A stretch of DNA of 64,000 nucleotides from Antedon mediterranea (taxonomy: Eukaryota; Animalia; Echinodermata). Both the position numbers and the translations under genes were made by a program. Below, in pieces: positions 25,401 through 39,600 of the stretch. The stretch is taken from assembly GCF_964355755.1 (NCBI RefSeq), contig NC_092676.1:27794871-27858870 (forward strand), in the 5' to 3' direction. The notes under the pieces are model-generated. The model was not told where the DNA came from, did no database searches, and saw only the letters and a program-made list of their open reading frames with translations. Within the stretch, counting starts at the first letter, position 1; every line of letters begins with the position of its first letter.

Positions 25401-28400
25401 TTGATTGATTGATTACAAGATACCGACTATCTATCTATAAGTCGGTGTACTATTTACTATGTATTTACAATGCTGTTTTGTGTTAATTATTAAAGCAAGG
25501 CTTTTAAAGTACATTATATCATAGAGATATTATAGTTCACTATAATATCTCTATGATTATATCTAATATCTAATCTAATGTAATGTTAATAATAATCAAA
25601 ACAAGACACCCTAGTTGGAAGATGTTTACTCTAAAATTTGAATTGGCGAGCAATATGAGTTGAGCATTTATTTGTTATAACTTATGCGTTTACGCCAATT
25701 TCTAAAATTGCGGTCGGTATGGAAAACCTATGACAACGCCAAGTGCACGACATTTTATATATCCATTTACGGGCGCGTGGTCAGTCTTAATTTGTTTACA
25801 TGGCACATAAAGGCCTATTGCCCCACAGACGCTAGACTTGCTCCAGGCTGTATGCAAGTAGCCTAGTATACGTATGCAACGCCATATGTGCCAAAATATT
25901 GATCTTTTAACTTATATATTAAGTCAAAATTCCGTCTGTAACCCAGATTACACAGTCACCAGTACATGGTTAGATTTATTTAACATACAATATCAAACAT
26001 TTAAAGATGTTACCATTTTTCAGCATTGTAAATCTGACGTTGACGTCATGTGCAATCAATAGCAACCATTGTAACGCACGATGACTGGACTTGACCTTGC
26101 TGTGTCATTGTATTCAAAATCCTGTTAATTTAGTTATTTATAAATTAATCTGAATTTGTTTATCATTAATTAAGGTAACTGTTTCTCCTCGTTGTTAATA
26201 TAATACGTATCACGTGAGTGAATCGTCTGCTATTTTCAACAACCAATAATTATCCTCGTATTACTTGAGATACACACCGCCCTCATTACTTGAGTGTTTG
26301 TGTGTGCGTATCATCATGGAGAAATATTATTTCTCCATGGTATCATCATGTTCGCACATCGGTTAATCTTATTGTCCGTCAGAGTCCCTATTACGTTTAC
26401 ATGATTTGGTAAACAGATCTCCGTCTGTTATCAAGCATAGATAAATTTAAAATTATACAAAGCCGCACATGACGAAAAAACATATTATGGTTCTTATTGG
26501 TTTAACAATAGACATTTTACTATAGGACATTTTTAAAAGTAGTATTTATTCTATTGTATTGAATTATTGAAGTTAAAACATCAGCAGAGTGGTACTGAAT
26601 TTCTGTTAGTGTTAAGCTTGGTTCCCACTAGGACGCCAGGACGTAACGCACAGTGATTTGACAAATCACAAGCGATGGATTAATCAAACAGTCGCGTGTG
26701 ATTGGTCAACTCGCTTGCGTTGCGTAAACGTGCTTGCGTTGCGTCTATGTGGAAAGCAAGCTGTAATGCATTATTGGTCCATGCATTAGATCATATGCGT
26801 TGCAATCTAAAGCTCTGTCTACACTATCCTATCAAACTTTATGTGACAAAAAATGTGATGTGCCCATATATGGACATGATGATGTCATATCACTACCATA
26901 TTTGGACACATCACATTTTTTTTGTCAAACTAGTTTATACAGAGCTTTACGGTACATTATATGGCTTGGTTCCCATTTGGAAACGCAAAGAGAACCTTTC
27001 ATAATATAATCCATCGCTTTTAATCGGTCCAATTATATGCCGCGGTGCGCTTGCGTACCGTCCAAATGCAAACCAAGTTTAAAACCCAGTTTTGCTTTAT
27101 ATAATACACAACCAAACAATACGCGTTCGGAATAAAGTAGTATTTTTTTTTATATTGTAAAATTTACGACGCCTTGTGGTGCAAATTTTGACAATTTGTG
27201 AGCACTTATTCAGTCAGCTGCAGAAACTCATTACTGAACATCTCCCTGGGTGAAATAAAAATACATATCATATTCAAATTGAATAGGTAATGAAAGACAA
27301 GAGAATAAAATGTCATATGTATATATATAATAGAAACGGCGAGCGCGCGTTCATAATTATACTCACAATATCGACTGTGATGAATTTTGCAAAGGTTTTA
27401 AAAATAATTCTTATTCTACTATCCATCAACAAATGACACAGCTCGTGTCAAATAATAATAAATAATATTGTAGAGGATGAGTAATACACAGAGGTTGAGA
27501 ATACGTACAAAATTTGTGCTTTGATGTCTTTAATCATTTCGCAATAAGAATAACAAATGTATTTTTAAATGCATAACATATTTCTATTATTAAATTATAT
27601 AGAGATTTATCGCAGGCCATATATACTTGCTTGCTCTTTTGATTTAAGTTGTAAAGATGATCTACTCGAGAATACGCCACGATGTAATGTGTTAGGCCTC
27701 TCTCTACACGTAACTAGATCGTATGCGTACGCAAATTGAATGAGTACGTGTATAAACGTTTTCGAAGCGCGTTCCACATTCTCAACACATCACGTAACCT
27801 TTTTACGCCGACTTCATGTATTACGTATTGTATTGTTCAGGTATTATTACGACAACGCAATGGTTTATTTATTAAAGTTTTTTCTACACTATCAAACTTT
27901 ATGTGACAAAAAAATGTGATGTGCCCATATGGACATGATGATGTCATATCACTACCATATTTGAGCATATCACTGCCATATTTGGGCACATTGCACTTTT
28001 TTGTCAAACTAGTTTGATAGTGTGGACAGAGCCTAAGATGTGCATATAGTAAAATTCGCTCCTTTTAGGTACACTTACGTTAGGTAACGTAACGTTTTAC
28101 AGGCCTGCCTTAAGCTTGGTTCTCACTAGAACGTAACGCAAGGACGTAAATGCAACGCAAGCGTTTTTACCAATGACAAGCGAAGTTATTATACACAGTT
28201 AGCAATCACAAGCGAACAAGCCATCGCTTGTGATTGGTCAATTCACATGCGTTGCGTTACGTCCTTGTGTTGTGTCGCTAGTGGGAACCACGCTTCAAGC
28301 TTGGTTCCCACTAGAACGTAACGCAAGGACGTAAATGCAACGCAAGCGTTTTTACCAATGACAAGCGAAGTTATTATAGACAGTTAGCAATCACAAGCGA

Positions 28401-31400
28401 ACAAGCCATCGCTTGTGATTGGTCAATTCACATGCGTTGCGTTACGTCCTTGTGTTGCGTCGCTAGTGGGAACCACGCTTAATTATGCGCGCGTATGAGC
28501 CATGTTTATAAAACATCCATCATAGGAAATAAAATGACGATTACGTCGTTGTTTTACTATGTAAAGCGTGGTTCCCATTAGCGACGCAACGCAAGGACGT
28601 AACGCAACGCAAATGAATTGACCAATCAAAAGCGATGGCTTATTCGCTTGTGATTGCTAACTGTCTATAACTTCGCTTGTCATTGGTTAACCCGCTTGCG
28701 TTGCGTTTACGTCCTTGCGTTACGTTCTAGTGGGAACCAAGCTTTAGGTATCTTGTGTATTTACATCATTGTCTGTTAATTATACTAATGCCATCAGATT
28801 GCTGTGTTTGTTGTTTCTGTATCGTCACTTTATGAGTATGTGACACAGGTTTTTAGGACTTATTATTATCTTAAAGCCGGTTGTGTATGCCATCGATAAT
28901 CAATCTATGTCCACTCATTACGTTCGTTTGTCTTCCACCTCACATTAGTTGATAAATCATCTGTCGGTGTAGTATTTTGAACTCGAGCACAAGTACACTT
29001 TCCTATATACATTACAAACCGCATTTGTAAACATTGTAAAAAAAACCAAACCAACAACATCAATGTTTGCGTGTACGAATGCATACTGGTGTTTTTATGC
29101 GGCTAGGCGTGTTGACGCATCAGTGGATATGTTGACGCATTCGTCGAGTGTTGACGCGTTAAAACTATCAATGCGTTATTAGTGTTAGGAGTTTAATCAA
29201 CATGTTTCTACAATTATATTGGTCTTGTATAGGGATACTATGCTGTATATTATTGTTTTTTTTTTCGGTTAATTTTCCCATTTGTATAGATTAACAATTC
29301 TTTAGATACATTCATACACGTTTGAGTCAGTTTTGTCTAGACAAATCGTCATTTGCATTCGTTTTATACAAAAACTCGTAATAGTGTCTGCACTGTTTAA
29401 CCCAATTATTCTTTTGTACTAACGAAACATTATTAGTAATTAATTTCTGACCACAGTACGTCTCTTAATTAACAAACACGAAGCATACATTAACGATTCA
29501 TACGTATAAAAAAGCTTTTTATACATACACATATTTCCATAACATATTGAATGTAATTCCCCAGAATATATAAATTCCTTTGTGTATATGAAGTTGAATA
29601 TTGCATAGGTCTGACCAATAATCGAACAGGCAAATGAATACTTAGCTATTAAAAATTATTTTAAAGCAGACATCAATGGAGAGTAAATGTTAATGTGTGC
29701 TCACAAAACGAATAAAATACATTACGTTTATATGAATAGAAAATGGGAGCATAGATATTAGCATCGCATAACTACGTTTCTATTACGACGACGACTCTCT
29801 TATTCGGCCTAGTTTTCATTGTGTACGCATTTTCAAATGATGACTTTTCACAATATAGAGGCTCTCATTGCATAAATCTATGAACAGTCTCTACAGCAGT
29901 TTACTATTAACTGAATCTCGTTGTATTTTTCCAAAGCGTCAGCATGTTGTATTTTAGGAAAAACAATTATTTATTTGATAGTTTGATTTAATTAAATTTC
30001 ATTTGATTTAATTTATTCGTCCCCCTCCCCCCCAACCCCAGGTTCAAGATGATAATGATCTGGGTTCCAGACGGAGGTTTAACATTAATATTAGTAAGAA
30101 GATAAATATTTTTGCACATATCGCGTTTCATACTCGACTGGTGGACTAACATTAGACAATAAAATGAATACAGACTTGGAGTCCATGCTTGGAGCAAGTG
30201 TACGATAAAATATACGGCCATCAACGGTTACAAAAAGGAAAGGGTATCCTAAAAAATAACACTATCGAATGGGGACCCTTGATAAGACCATTGCAAAATC
30301 GAAAATTAAAGAAATCATTATATACATTTGTATTTTTATTGATTTCGAAATCCACAAACATTTTGTATTGATCATAATTTGTATATAATCATAACAAATA
30401 CTTAGGCCTACTGCAGAAACAAATACTTGCGCCTATACTGCAGAATAGATGTAAGACACGTTTCCATAATCAGCATTTTGCCAAACGACCTATTTTTTGG
30501 ATTACAAATAATCTAAATACAATTGATCATTAAAGCATTAGTTTAATTTGTAATATTGCGTTTAATAATTAATCTTTATTATTGTAATTAACCAACACTG
30601 AAGCTTGATTACGTAACCACTGTTTAAATTAATACGTGTGATACTTTTTTTGCAATAACTTTAATTAATATCGAATACCCTTTGCATTAATGATGTAATC
30701 TGAAATGCATGACGTTCGGGTTGCCTCTATTATTGGTAGTATAATATTCTATTGATTAATTCATTAAATTTACATCAAAATTAAATTGCTTTTGATGTAA
30801 CCAAGAAATTACTTGTTGTCTAATCTTAAAGAATTGAATAAGTTTAAACTAACTAAGCCTAGACTATAATAGCCTACCGTACTATATGTTAGTACTCTTT
30901 TTAGGGGGATGGGTCGAGGCTTCTTTTCTTTTTCACCTAATAATAACTTATTTTTATAGCGCCGATAAAACAAATAATCATTCTCACAGCTTTAAAATGG
31001 TAATACCCATATACTTCTTTCAACCCCGGGATTTAAACTAAGTGTAAAGTCATACGGTATTTGTTTTAAAGAAAAACAAATTCACCCCAGGGCTAAAACA
31101 TGATAAAGTTGTTATACCCGTTGTTTTGTTATTATTGGTACAGCAATGCATTCAGATGGAGCAGGAGAAAATTCCATCATTATCGATCTGTGCTTTACTG
31201 GATTTAACAACGTCACACTGTATTTTCAGTTGTTTGGCCTACATACCCGTGAGCTGGGATGACGGTTTCTTAATTATGAAATCGTATCGGTGTCATGTAA
31301 TGAATCCATACACAGATTCATCCAAATAGCCCGTTCGTGTTATTACCCCGAGCAATGTAGATACTTTATGGTGTACATGTTTTAATCCGTAAGTAAACAC

Positions 31401-34400
31401 GAGATAATTCATTTTGATAAGAACACATTGATAAACTTAGCTGCAGTGATATGTTTTACCTCCTAACATTCATACACTGCCTACATTAACCGTTTTGTAT
31501 ATTTGGTTTTTTTTACTGATAATTCATTATAATTTATTACCAAAGGAAAACGAAAATAGTATATAGATTAAAGTTGATTTTGGCGATTTGTGCGTTCCAT
31601 AGTGTAATCACGCAGTAATATACATTTTAATTTAGTGTCACGTTGTTTCATCAACATAAATGACTGAATTGCACGCGTTTTAGCATGTTAAAATGTTTAC
31701 CTACTTAAAACGTATCGACTTACGATACCTTGCAGCAATTTAACTTGTAGGCCTACCAGTTAAATAGTGACGTGAATTATTTAGAGTTTTGCGTTCATTT
31801 TAGCTTAATAATCCATGCCTATTAATAGGCCTAAAATGCAATCACTTTTTACTCTGACTAGAATAGATAATGAATAAATAACACTCCTTCTTCTCCCGCA
31901 TTGAATATTAACGTTTTCTATATTATTTCAAGTACAGTATCAATTTACAATGACCCGTTTATTTGTTATTTATAGACAAAATACGCATATATTATAAACG
32001 AAATACAGTAAGCGGAATTATTTTATGCCAGTGCGAGAGGTGCTTTTTTACTAAAGCTCTGTCTACACTATTAAACTAGTCTGACAAAAAGTTGCGATGT
32101 TCCCAAATGGTAAGTGGTATGCTCAATTAATATGATGCTAGTGACATGAAATCATCGTGTCCATGGTCACATCACATTATTTTGTCACATAAAGTTTGAT
32201 GATGAAGACAGGGGTTAAAGAAGGAGACTTAGGGCATACAGAAATCACTAATTTCAACATAAACTCTGAACTCATGATTATGCGATTTTTACGCGCTGTA
32301 AACGCGTTTAAATCACAATGCGCGCTGATAATGTCACCTCACGCACTCGCGCTCATACTGCCAATCAATATATGATACGCGTTCACACTTAACGTGTGTT
32401 ACATGCCCTGGCAGATATCACTTATCAATTCATGCATAAATACGTGCTGGTCAGTACGCACAAGTGAATTATATTGTCTAGAGATTCCAATTGTCCATTA
32501 CGTCTCAGTGTGAAAGACCTATCGGTTCATGTACGCGTACTAAGGTGTTCGTAATACACTCGTAGCAGTAGCCGCTGTAATAGTATTGTCAGCTATCTTG
32601 ATCAATCACTAATACTGACCCCATTCAGCTCGATGACCACTCAATAGACTACTCAATTCTCAATGGTCACTTGATTTGTATTATTTTTATTAGACATCGA
32701 TGCAATCAAATTTGTAGAAATGAAATTCACGCTGGCGTGGTTTTGCTGTACACAAACCCGTTGGCTCCTGAGTCGACGTACGTCGCAGTGAACAAAATCG
32801 ATAATACATTCCCTTTGAATTGGTTTACTTAATATCATAATGACTGGGCTGACTTTATAGATTGTATGCATGTATAAACTTTGAATACTGAGTGATTATT
32901 GTGTCAACCTATGTAGGCAGGTCATACACTGCTAAAATAACATTCTTGTTCGCCGTATTACTCGTTATGGCTGCCATATACTATTATTTTAAATATTGTA
33001 CCATTGGACTGATTTATCATGATATTGTAAGATTTGGCATACAAATTACGTTCGTGCGTGGTTTAAAATAGGAGCTACTATCAATTTTGCGTAAAAATTA
33101 GAGACCATTTTGAAATCCAAGATGGCGTCCAAAATAGGGTCGGGAAAAATTGGCCCCCAGTTGCAATGAATTCTACTATTCCTAAGGATTCATAAAACTG
33201 CCAAGAACTCAACTTGAGCATTAAAATCTCATGGAATTACATTGGTTCCCCACTATTAGACCTTTTTAAATGACAGACACTATTGAAACGCCTAAAATGA
33301 CAGCTGTTTGGAAACGCCGGGCTTTTCCGTGGGTTTGACACCGTAATGGTGGATGGTAGTGGTGTCAATGTTGTCATAATAATGATAATGATGGTGATGG
33401 CCACGTGACATTTGTGTAAGTGGTGGTGATGGTGATTATAGTATAATAGATAATATTACATTGAGAATGAAATATCTAGCATTAAGTTATACATTAACGT
33501 TTTGTATACATTATCAAACTAGTTTGACAAAAATATTATGTGATGTACCCATAATGGTAGTGATATGACATCACCATGCCCATATAAGGGCACATCATAT
33601 TTGTTTTTGTCACATAAATTTTGATAGTGTAGACAGAGCTTAAGAATGTTCCATTTAACATAACGACTGCATGAAATGATAGAATCTGCAGACATCACGC
33701 ATAATGCTGCTTTTATTACAGGTTTATTAAAACAAATAATATTTCAGCTTTAAAAGGTTAGGAAAAGATAAAATGATGTTGGCGAACTACACACTGTATA
33801 TACAGCCTTCAAAGTAAAATTAAATTGATTCCTTTCAAATCGTAAAAAATAGAACGAAGTATTTAATAAAAGTAAACATTAATTCACGAATTAAAAATAC
33901 AAGCGCGCGTAAACATTTGTCTGCTCACGCGTAATTACTGTTTCAAAACTCGAGGTTTGATTTCACGCAGGCGGGGGAAAACACAATTATTGAAAGGGCA
34001 TTTCCTTACGTTGCGTAGATTGCGTTACGTTGCGTCGCTAGTGGGAACCAAGCTTAAATGAGCGCGTAAACGTTCGTCTGCTCACGTGTAATTACTGTTT
34101 AAAAACTCGAGGGTCTGTTCACTTTCTATTGCGACTCTCCATTCTGATTAAACATTAATGTATTACTAATTTAATTGCTATTTATAATTGCATCGTATTT
34201 CAACTACTTTGGCTTTCGTAATGGTAATAAATAGCACATAAAATGGCATCTTATTTTCTGCAGAAGTTGTGCGTCTTTGTTTGACGTTGTTCTACATTTA
34301 ATCAATTTGCACACTGATTGTGATAAATAGTTGAAAGCAAGAACGCTGTCTTTTAATATTTTTTTTTTTTTTATGTTAACATTTGACATCGTCATGTCAT

Positions 34401-35112
34401 AATCAATAATGTGGATAATACAGTTTTATTGATTTGAAAAATGATCATCATAATCATTTAATATCGTCGTCATAATCATTGTCGTAATTATCAACGTTGT
34501 CATTATCGTTGGTTGTAGGGTTTGATATTTAATATAATATTCAATCAAGGGAAGAGCGAAGTTTCTTTAATTTCACTCTTCACTGATTCAATTCTGTACT
34601 ATTAACTGTTACTATTAATAAAATAAATTTTTCTTTTATTTATGATTACAGAAATGAAGGAGTCGAAGTTGGGCACAAATACAGTTGCCATTCGAACGAT
34701 AAAATACACAACGTACGCTGGCCTTAGCATACACTTTTTAGCCTGTTTCTGGTATTTGTTGTCATGTAGTGGCCGACACGGAGATACTATACCAACATGT
34801 GACAATGGAACATGGGCTGCACAGTTAGAACCAAGTAAGATAACGTCATTATTATCATCATCATCATCTGCATCATTATCCTCATCATCTGCATCATTAT
34901 CATCATCATCAACGTCATCATCATTGTCATCATCATTGTCATCATCATCATCATCATCATTGTCATCATCATCACCGTTTTCTTTCCTCATCATCATTAT
35001 CATCATCATTATAATAATCATCTTCATTATCGTCATCGTCATCAACATCATCATCGTAATTCATCATCGTTATTCATCATCGTCATCATCATCCTCCATC
35101 ATCTGCAGCATT

Positions 35113-35147
<35 letters not shown>

Positions 35148-36606
35148 TATCGTAACTTGGCGTAATATGATCATGCATACATACACCTGTGACCTCTACC
35201 TTGCGTCTGAACCCCTCCCTCCTCTATATCCACCTATATGTACAAAACAAACGCGACATACACTGTAAAAATAGTGTTTAGATCTTAAACACCTATTTTG
35301 TACCCACTTTTTCCACACGTTTAGCTTTTAGACACGAGTTACATGTTTAGTGTGTTTAAAAGCTAAACGTGTTTATAGCTACATGTTGTTTTCCTCCACT
35401 TGACTAATGTCAATGTTATGTTCAATTACTCCACATGTTTAGCAGTCAAAATGTTTAGGTATGTGTTTAGCGTTGCGTGCATACGATTTTACTGTGGCGG
35501 AAAAAAGCTCCACACATGAGCTCCACACATGGCAAATTAAACACGTTTAAAACCTAAACTTGTCTTCATATTGCTCCACATGTTTAACAATCAATACGTC
35601 ACTGATGTGTTGAGTTGGATACAGACTACATGTTTAGAATGTGTTTAGAACCTAAACATGTTTCACATCTAAACATGTTTAAGGCTAAATGTGTGGAAAA
35701 AGTGGGTACAAAATACATGTTTAAGATCTAAACACTATTTTTACAGTGTACTTGTGATTTTAACGACTACATGCATGTTACCCGTAGGCGCACTCTGTCA
35801 TAACTTTCTGTGCAATACACACCCTAGTTGACGTGCCCTATATAATGCACTTATGCTGTTTTTACATTCCTGTGGGGATAATGTACGTCATTTATGTTTT
35901 TACAGGTTCGTATATCAGCGAGAAGAGCACTTTGGATGCGTACATCGTCTCCCTCTACTGGGCAGTAGCCACCACTACGTCAACCGGGTAGGTATTTTGA
36001 TACGAATAAAGATACTAAAGACAACGATTACATGAACACGCCTATAGCAGCATTACGGGCTGATGATCAGTTACCCTACAATGTTATATCGATCGCTAAT
36101 AAGATGTAGATGTAATGTTAGAAGAACAGGATCGAATACACCGTGACCCTTGCAAAATGATAGTGCCTTATATACGTAATATTAAACAGGCAGCTGGTTT
36201 GATATAAACTACAGTATTTGGAATAATAAGACATATTATAATTTACGTCACATCTGAAGGACGCGCAAATCCTATTATTTTGTTTATAAAAATATAAAAT
36301 ATGTCGTTAGATTATCACATATTTTCGTATCTCCGAGGAGAGCGCAAGGGATGGTAAGATCAGCTTTGCGAGAACCAGCTTTTTTTCTAGTCATCATCAT
36401 AAACATCATTGTCATCATCACCATCATCATCATTATCATCATCATTTTCATCATCATTATCATCATCATCGTCATCATCGTCGTTGTCATCATCATCGTC
36501 GTCATTGTCATCATCATCATTGTCAATGTCATCATCATCGTCGTCGTCATCGTCATCGTCGTCATTATCATTGTTATCGTCGTCGTCAGCATCATCATCA
36601 TCATCG

Positions 36607-36654
<48 letters not shown>

Positions 36655-39600
36655 CCACATCATCTTCACATCGTACCACTATAATAATTATAGCTAGTCG
36701 TCATTTTCTTCGTAATCAGTATCAGTATCGTTATCATTATTACACATTATCATGATATCTATACAGATATCAATTTATTCATCATTCTCCCCCTCGACGA
36801 CTACGTTGTTGACTTCATCAAAGCTCTTTACTCACAATGTGCTATCATATCCTCCTATTGTGAGAGCCGTTGATCCTATGAATAACAAAGTCTTATTGCT
36901 AACAATACCAGGGAACACTCTAAATCTAAATATATTTCTTTGTGGAACAAATTTATTTTGACACAGAATAAAGCTTAGTTAATACGTAACCTGTTTAAAT
37001 GTATTCATTATACTTGAAATCGCCATCTCTTCTGCCGTTAGCGCTAGATTGTCAATAGACTAAAGTCCATCAATTGTTTATACAGATTTTATCTTTGAAT
37101 GAAATAATTGTAACGAATTACAAATATAGCAAACGAACGAGTTATTATTAATATTGAAGATAATTTTAATTATCTTCAATATTATTATTAATTTTAAAAA
37201 AATAGAACGCAATGTTAAATGAAAAGATTGTGAGAAGTAGTGCTTTATATTTACGTAAACCAACATCCCCCCCCCCTCACCCCAAATATATTCAACACCT
37301 ACGTAGCTAACAACGTAGCTTGTTATTTAAGCTTAGTTCCCACTTAGTGACGCAACTTACGCAACGTAAGAAAATGCCCTTCCAATAATTGTGTTTGCGG
37401 CCGCCTTCTGCTTGAAATCAAACATGAGATGTTTGCAGCAATGTTGCGTCGTCGGTTTCCACTTGTGATTACGCCATACAGCACTTTGCGTGAATACGTC
37501 GCTGCGTTGCGTCGCTAGTGGGAACCACGCTTTAAGGCGGGTAATTAACTGTGTCTGAACAGGCCCATATTATTTTTTTTACCATTATTAAAATTCTAAC
37601 GATGGACTATTTTGTTCTTTCAGATATGGAGACATTAGCGCCATCACGCAAGAAGAGAAAGCCTATTCTATAGTAGCTATGCTACTTGGTATTGGAGTTT
37701 TCTATGGCGTGATTCTCGGTGGGATGGCGTCTATGATGACCAACTTCGACTCCCAACGTGCTAGGTACACGCATCGATTGAACGTCATCAAAGAAAATCT
37801 AGTATGTTGAACAAACGTTATTCTCTGTAGTAATGGTTGTCCACCACTAAAAATTTGCAACTGATCATCTTAAAGCTCTGTCTACACTATCAAATGGCCA
37901 TATATGGGCACATCGCATTGCTTTGTCACATACAGTTTGATAGTGTAGACAGAGCTTAATGGTTGTTGGTTCGTTATTATTGTTTTTTTAAAGCTTATTT
38001 TCCACTAATAATTTGCGAATGATCATTCTAACTGTCATTTATGATTCGTCAAGTAAAGCTTGGTTCCCACTAGGACGTAGACGTAACGCAAACGAGTTGA
38101 CCAATGACAAGCGACAGTCGAATAAATCCATCGCTTGTGATTAGTCAAATCCATTACGCTGCGTTACGTCCTTGTGTTGCGTCTGTAGTGGGAACTAATA
38201 GTGTGACGTTTTACAAACTTTAAAAAATGCCTCATTTACATAATAATAATATAATATATAATAACTTTCATCTTTCGATCATTTATGATGTCACATTCCG
38301 ACATATAGTATGACATAATAAGGTTGAATGTCACGTGACTCGACGTATGCAAAACTAGAACTGAGAAACGTATTGTGAATGATCTTATCATTCACAAAGA
38401 ACAATTCCTTGGTCTTATGTCCGAAAATAGCTTTCGAAATCAAAATCACTCATTTTATTATAAATTCCCATCTGGAAAATTATTTTAAGAACATTGAATT
38501 TTAACATGGGTTGTTTAAATATGTCTACTGCATGTTTATGAAATAATGTTATTTTCTTCTTGATGAAGCTTGGTTCTCACTAGCGACGCAACGTAACGCA
38601 ACCTACGCAACGTAAGAAAATACCCTTCCACTCATTGTGTTTACCCCCGCCTGCGTGAAATCAAACCTTCGATGCTTGCAGCACTATTACGTCGTCGGTT
38701 CCCACTTGTGATTACGCAATACAGCACTTTGCGTCGATACGTCATTGCGTTGCGTTCTAGTGGGAACCACGCTTTACTCATATTATAAAGATTGAAATAA
38801 AAGTAAAGATGGGTTATCAAAAACACGTAAACAAAATTACGTTTGGAAACGAAATGTAGACTACCTTGACGTTCAGTGTATTATATATATATATATACGT
38901 TGAAAATAATGAATGAAACTCAACAGAAAACGAAAATACATTATTTTCATGACGTTTTGTTATTATTTAAATATAAAAAAGTTTATCAAAAAGACAATTA
39001 GCATATTCACCTGCATATATAATATATTTATGTTCTCCAATGTTGAAACAAAGGTGAAAATTGACGCCAATATTGAATGATGTAGAAAAAAAAGTCTAAC
39101 TATACGAGAGGAAATAAATTAACTTAAAAGAAAAACAAATCCACGAAGACAGGAGGCACTATGTAACAGTCACGTTGCGAGTTATTATTTATTCAACGAA
39201 AAGAAATTGATATACATCAGCTCCGGCAGTGTTTCGTCCTCGTAATTGCGACTGTACATTTATTATTACTTTTACATAATGATCTTATGCTATTGGCATT
39301 CACACTATACTGTTTGAAATTTACATTTTCTCATTATATTGCTTGGGTATTCTGTTTTTGTTGCTCTACATTGGTCTCTGGACGCCAAATAAAAATGATG
39401 ATTTTAAACTCCTAATTTAGACATGGTTGCTTGGGTTTTCTGTTTAGTTTCTCCACGCGCGTCTCTGGACGCCAAATAAAAATGATGATTTTAAACCTAT
39501 CGTATTGACATGCTTACTTGGCTGTTCTGTGTTGGTGCTCTACACAAATATACGGGTCTGGGCGCCAAATATATAATTGCTTTTAACTATTTTAGCCAAT

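Noticed and set aside
34602-36755. Poly-Ser/Ile/Met/Asp ORFs in the ORF track (also 44275-44674)
   Set aside because: Translations of (CAT)n microsatellites; only 34652-34834 and 35906-35987 are coding
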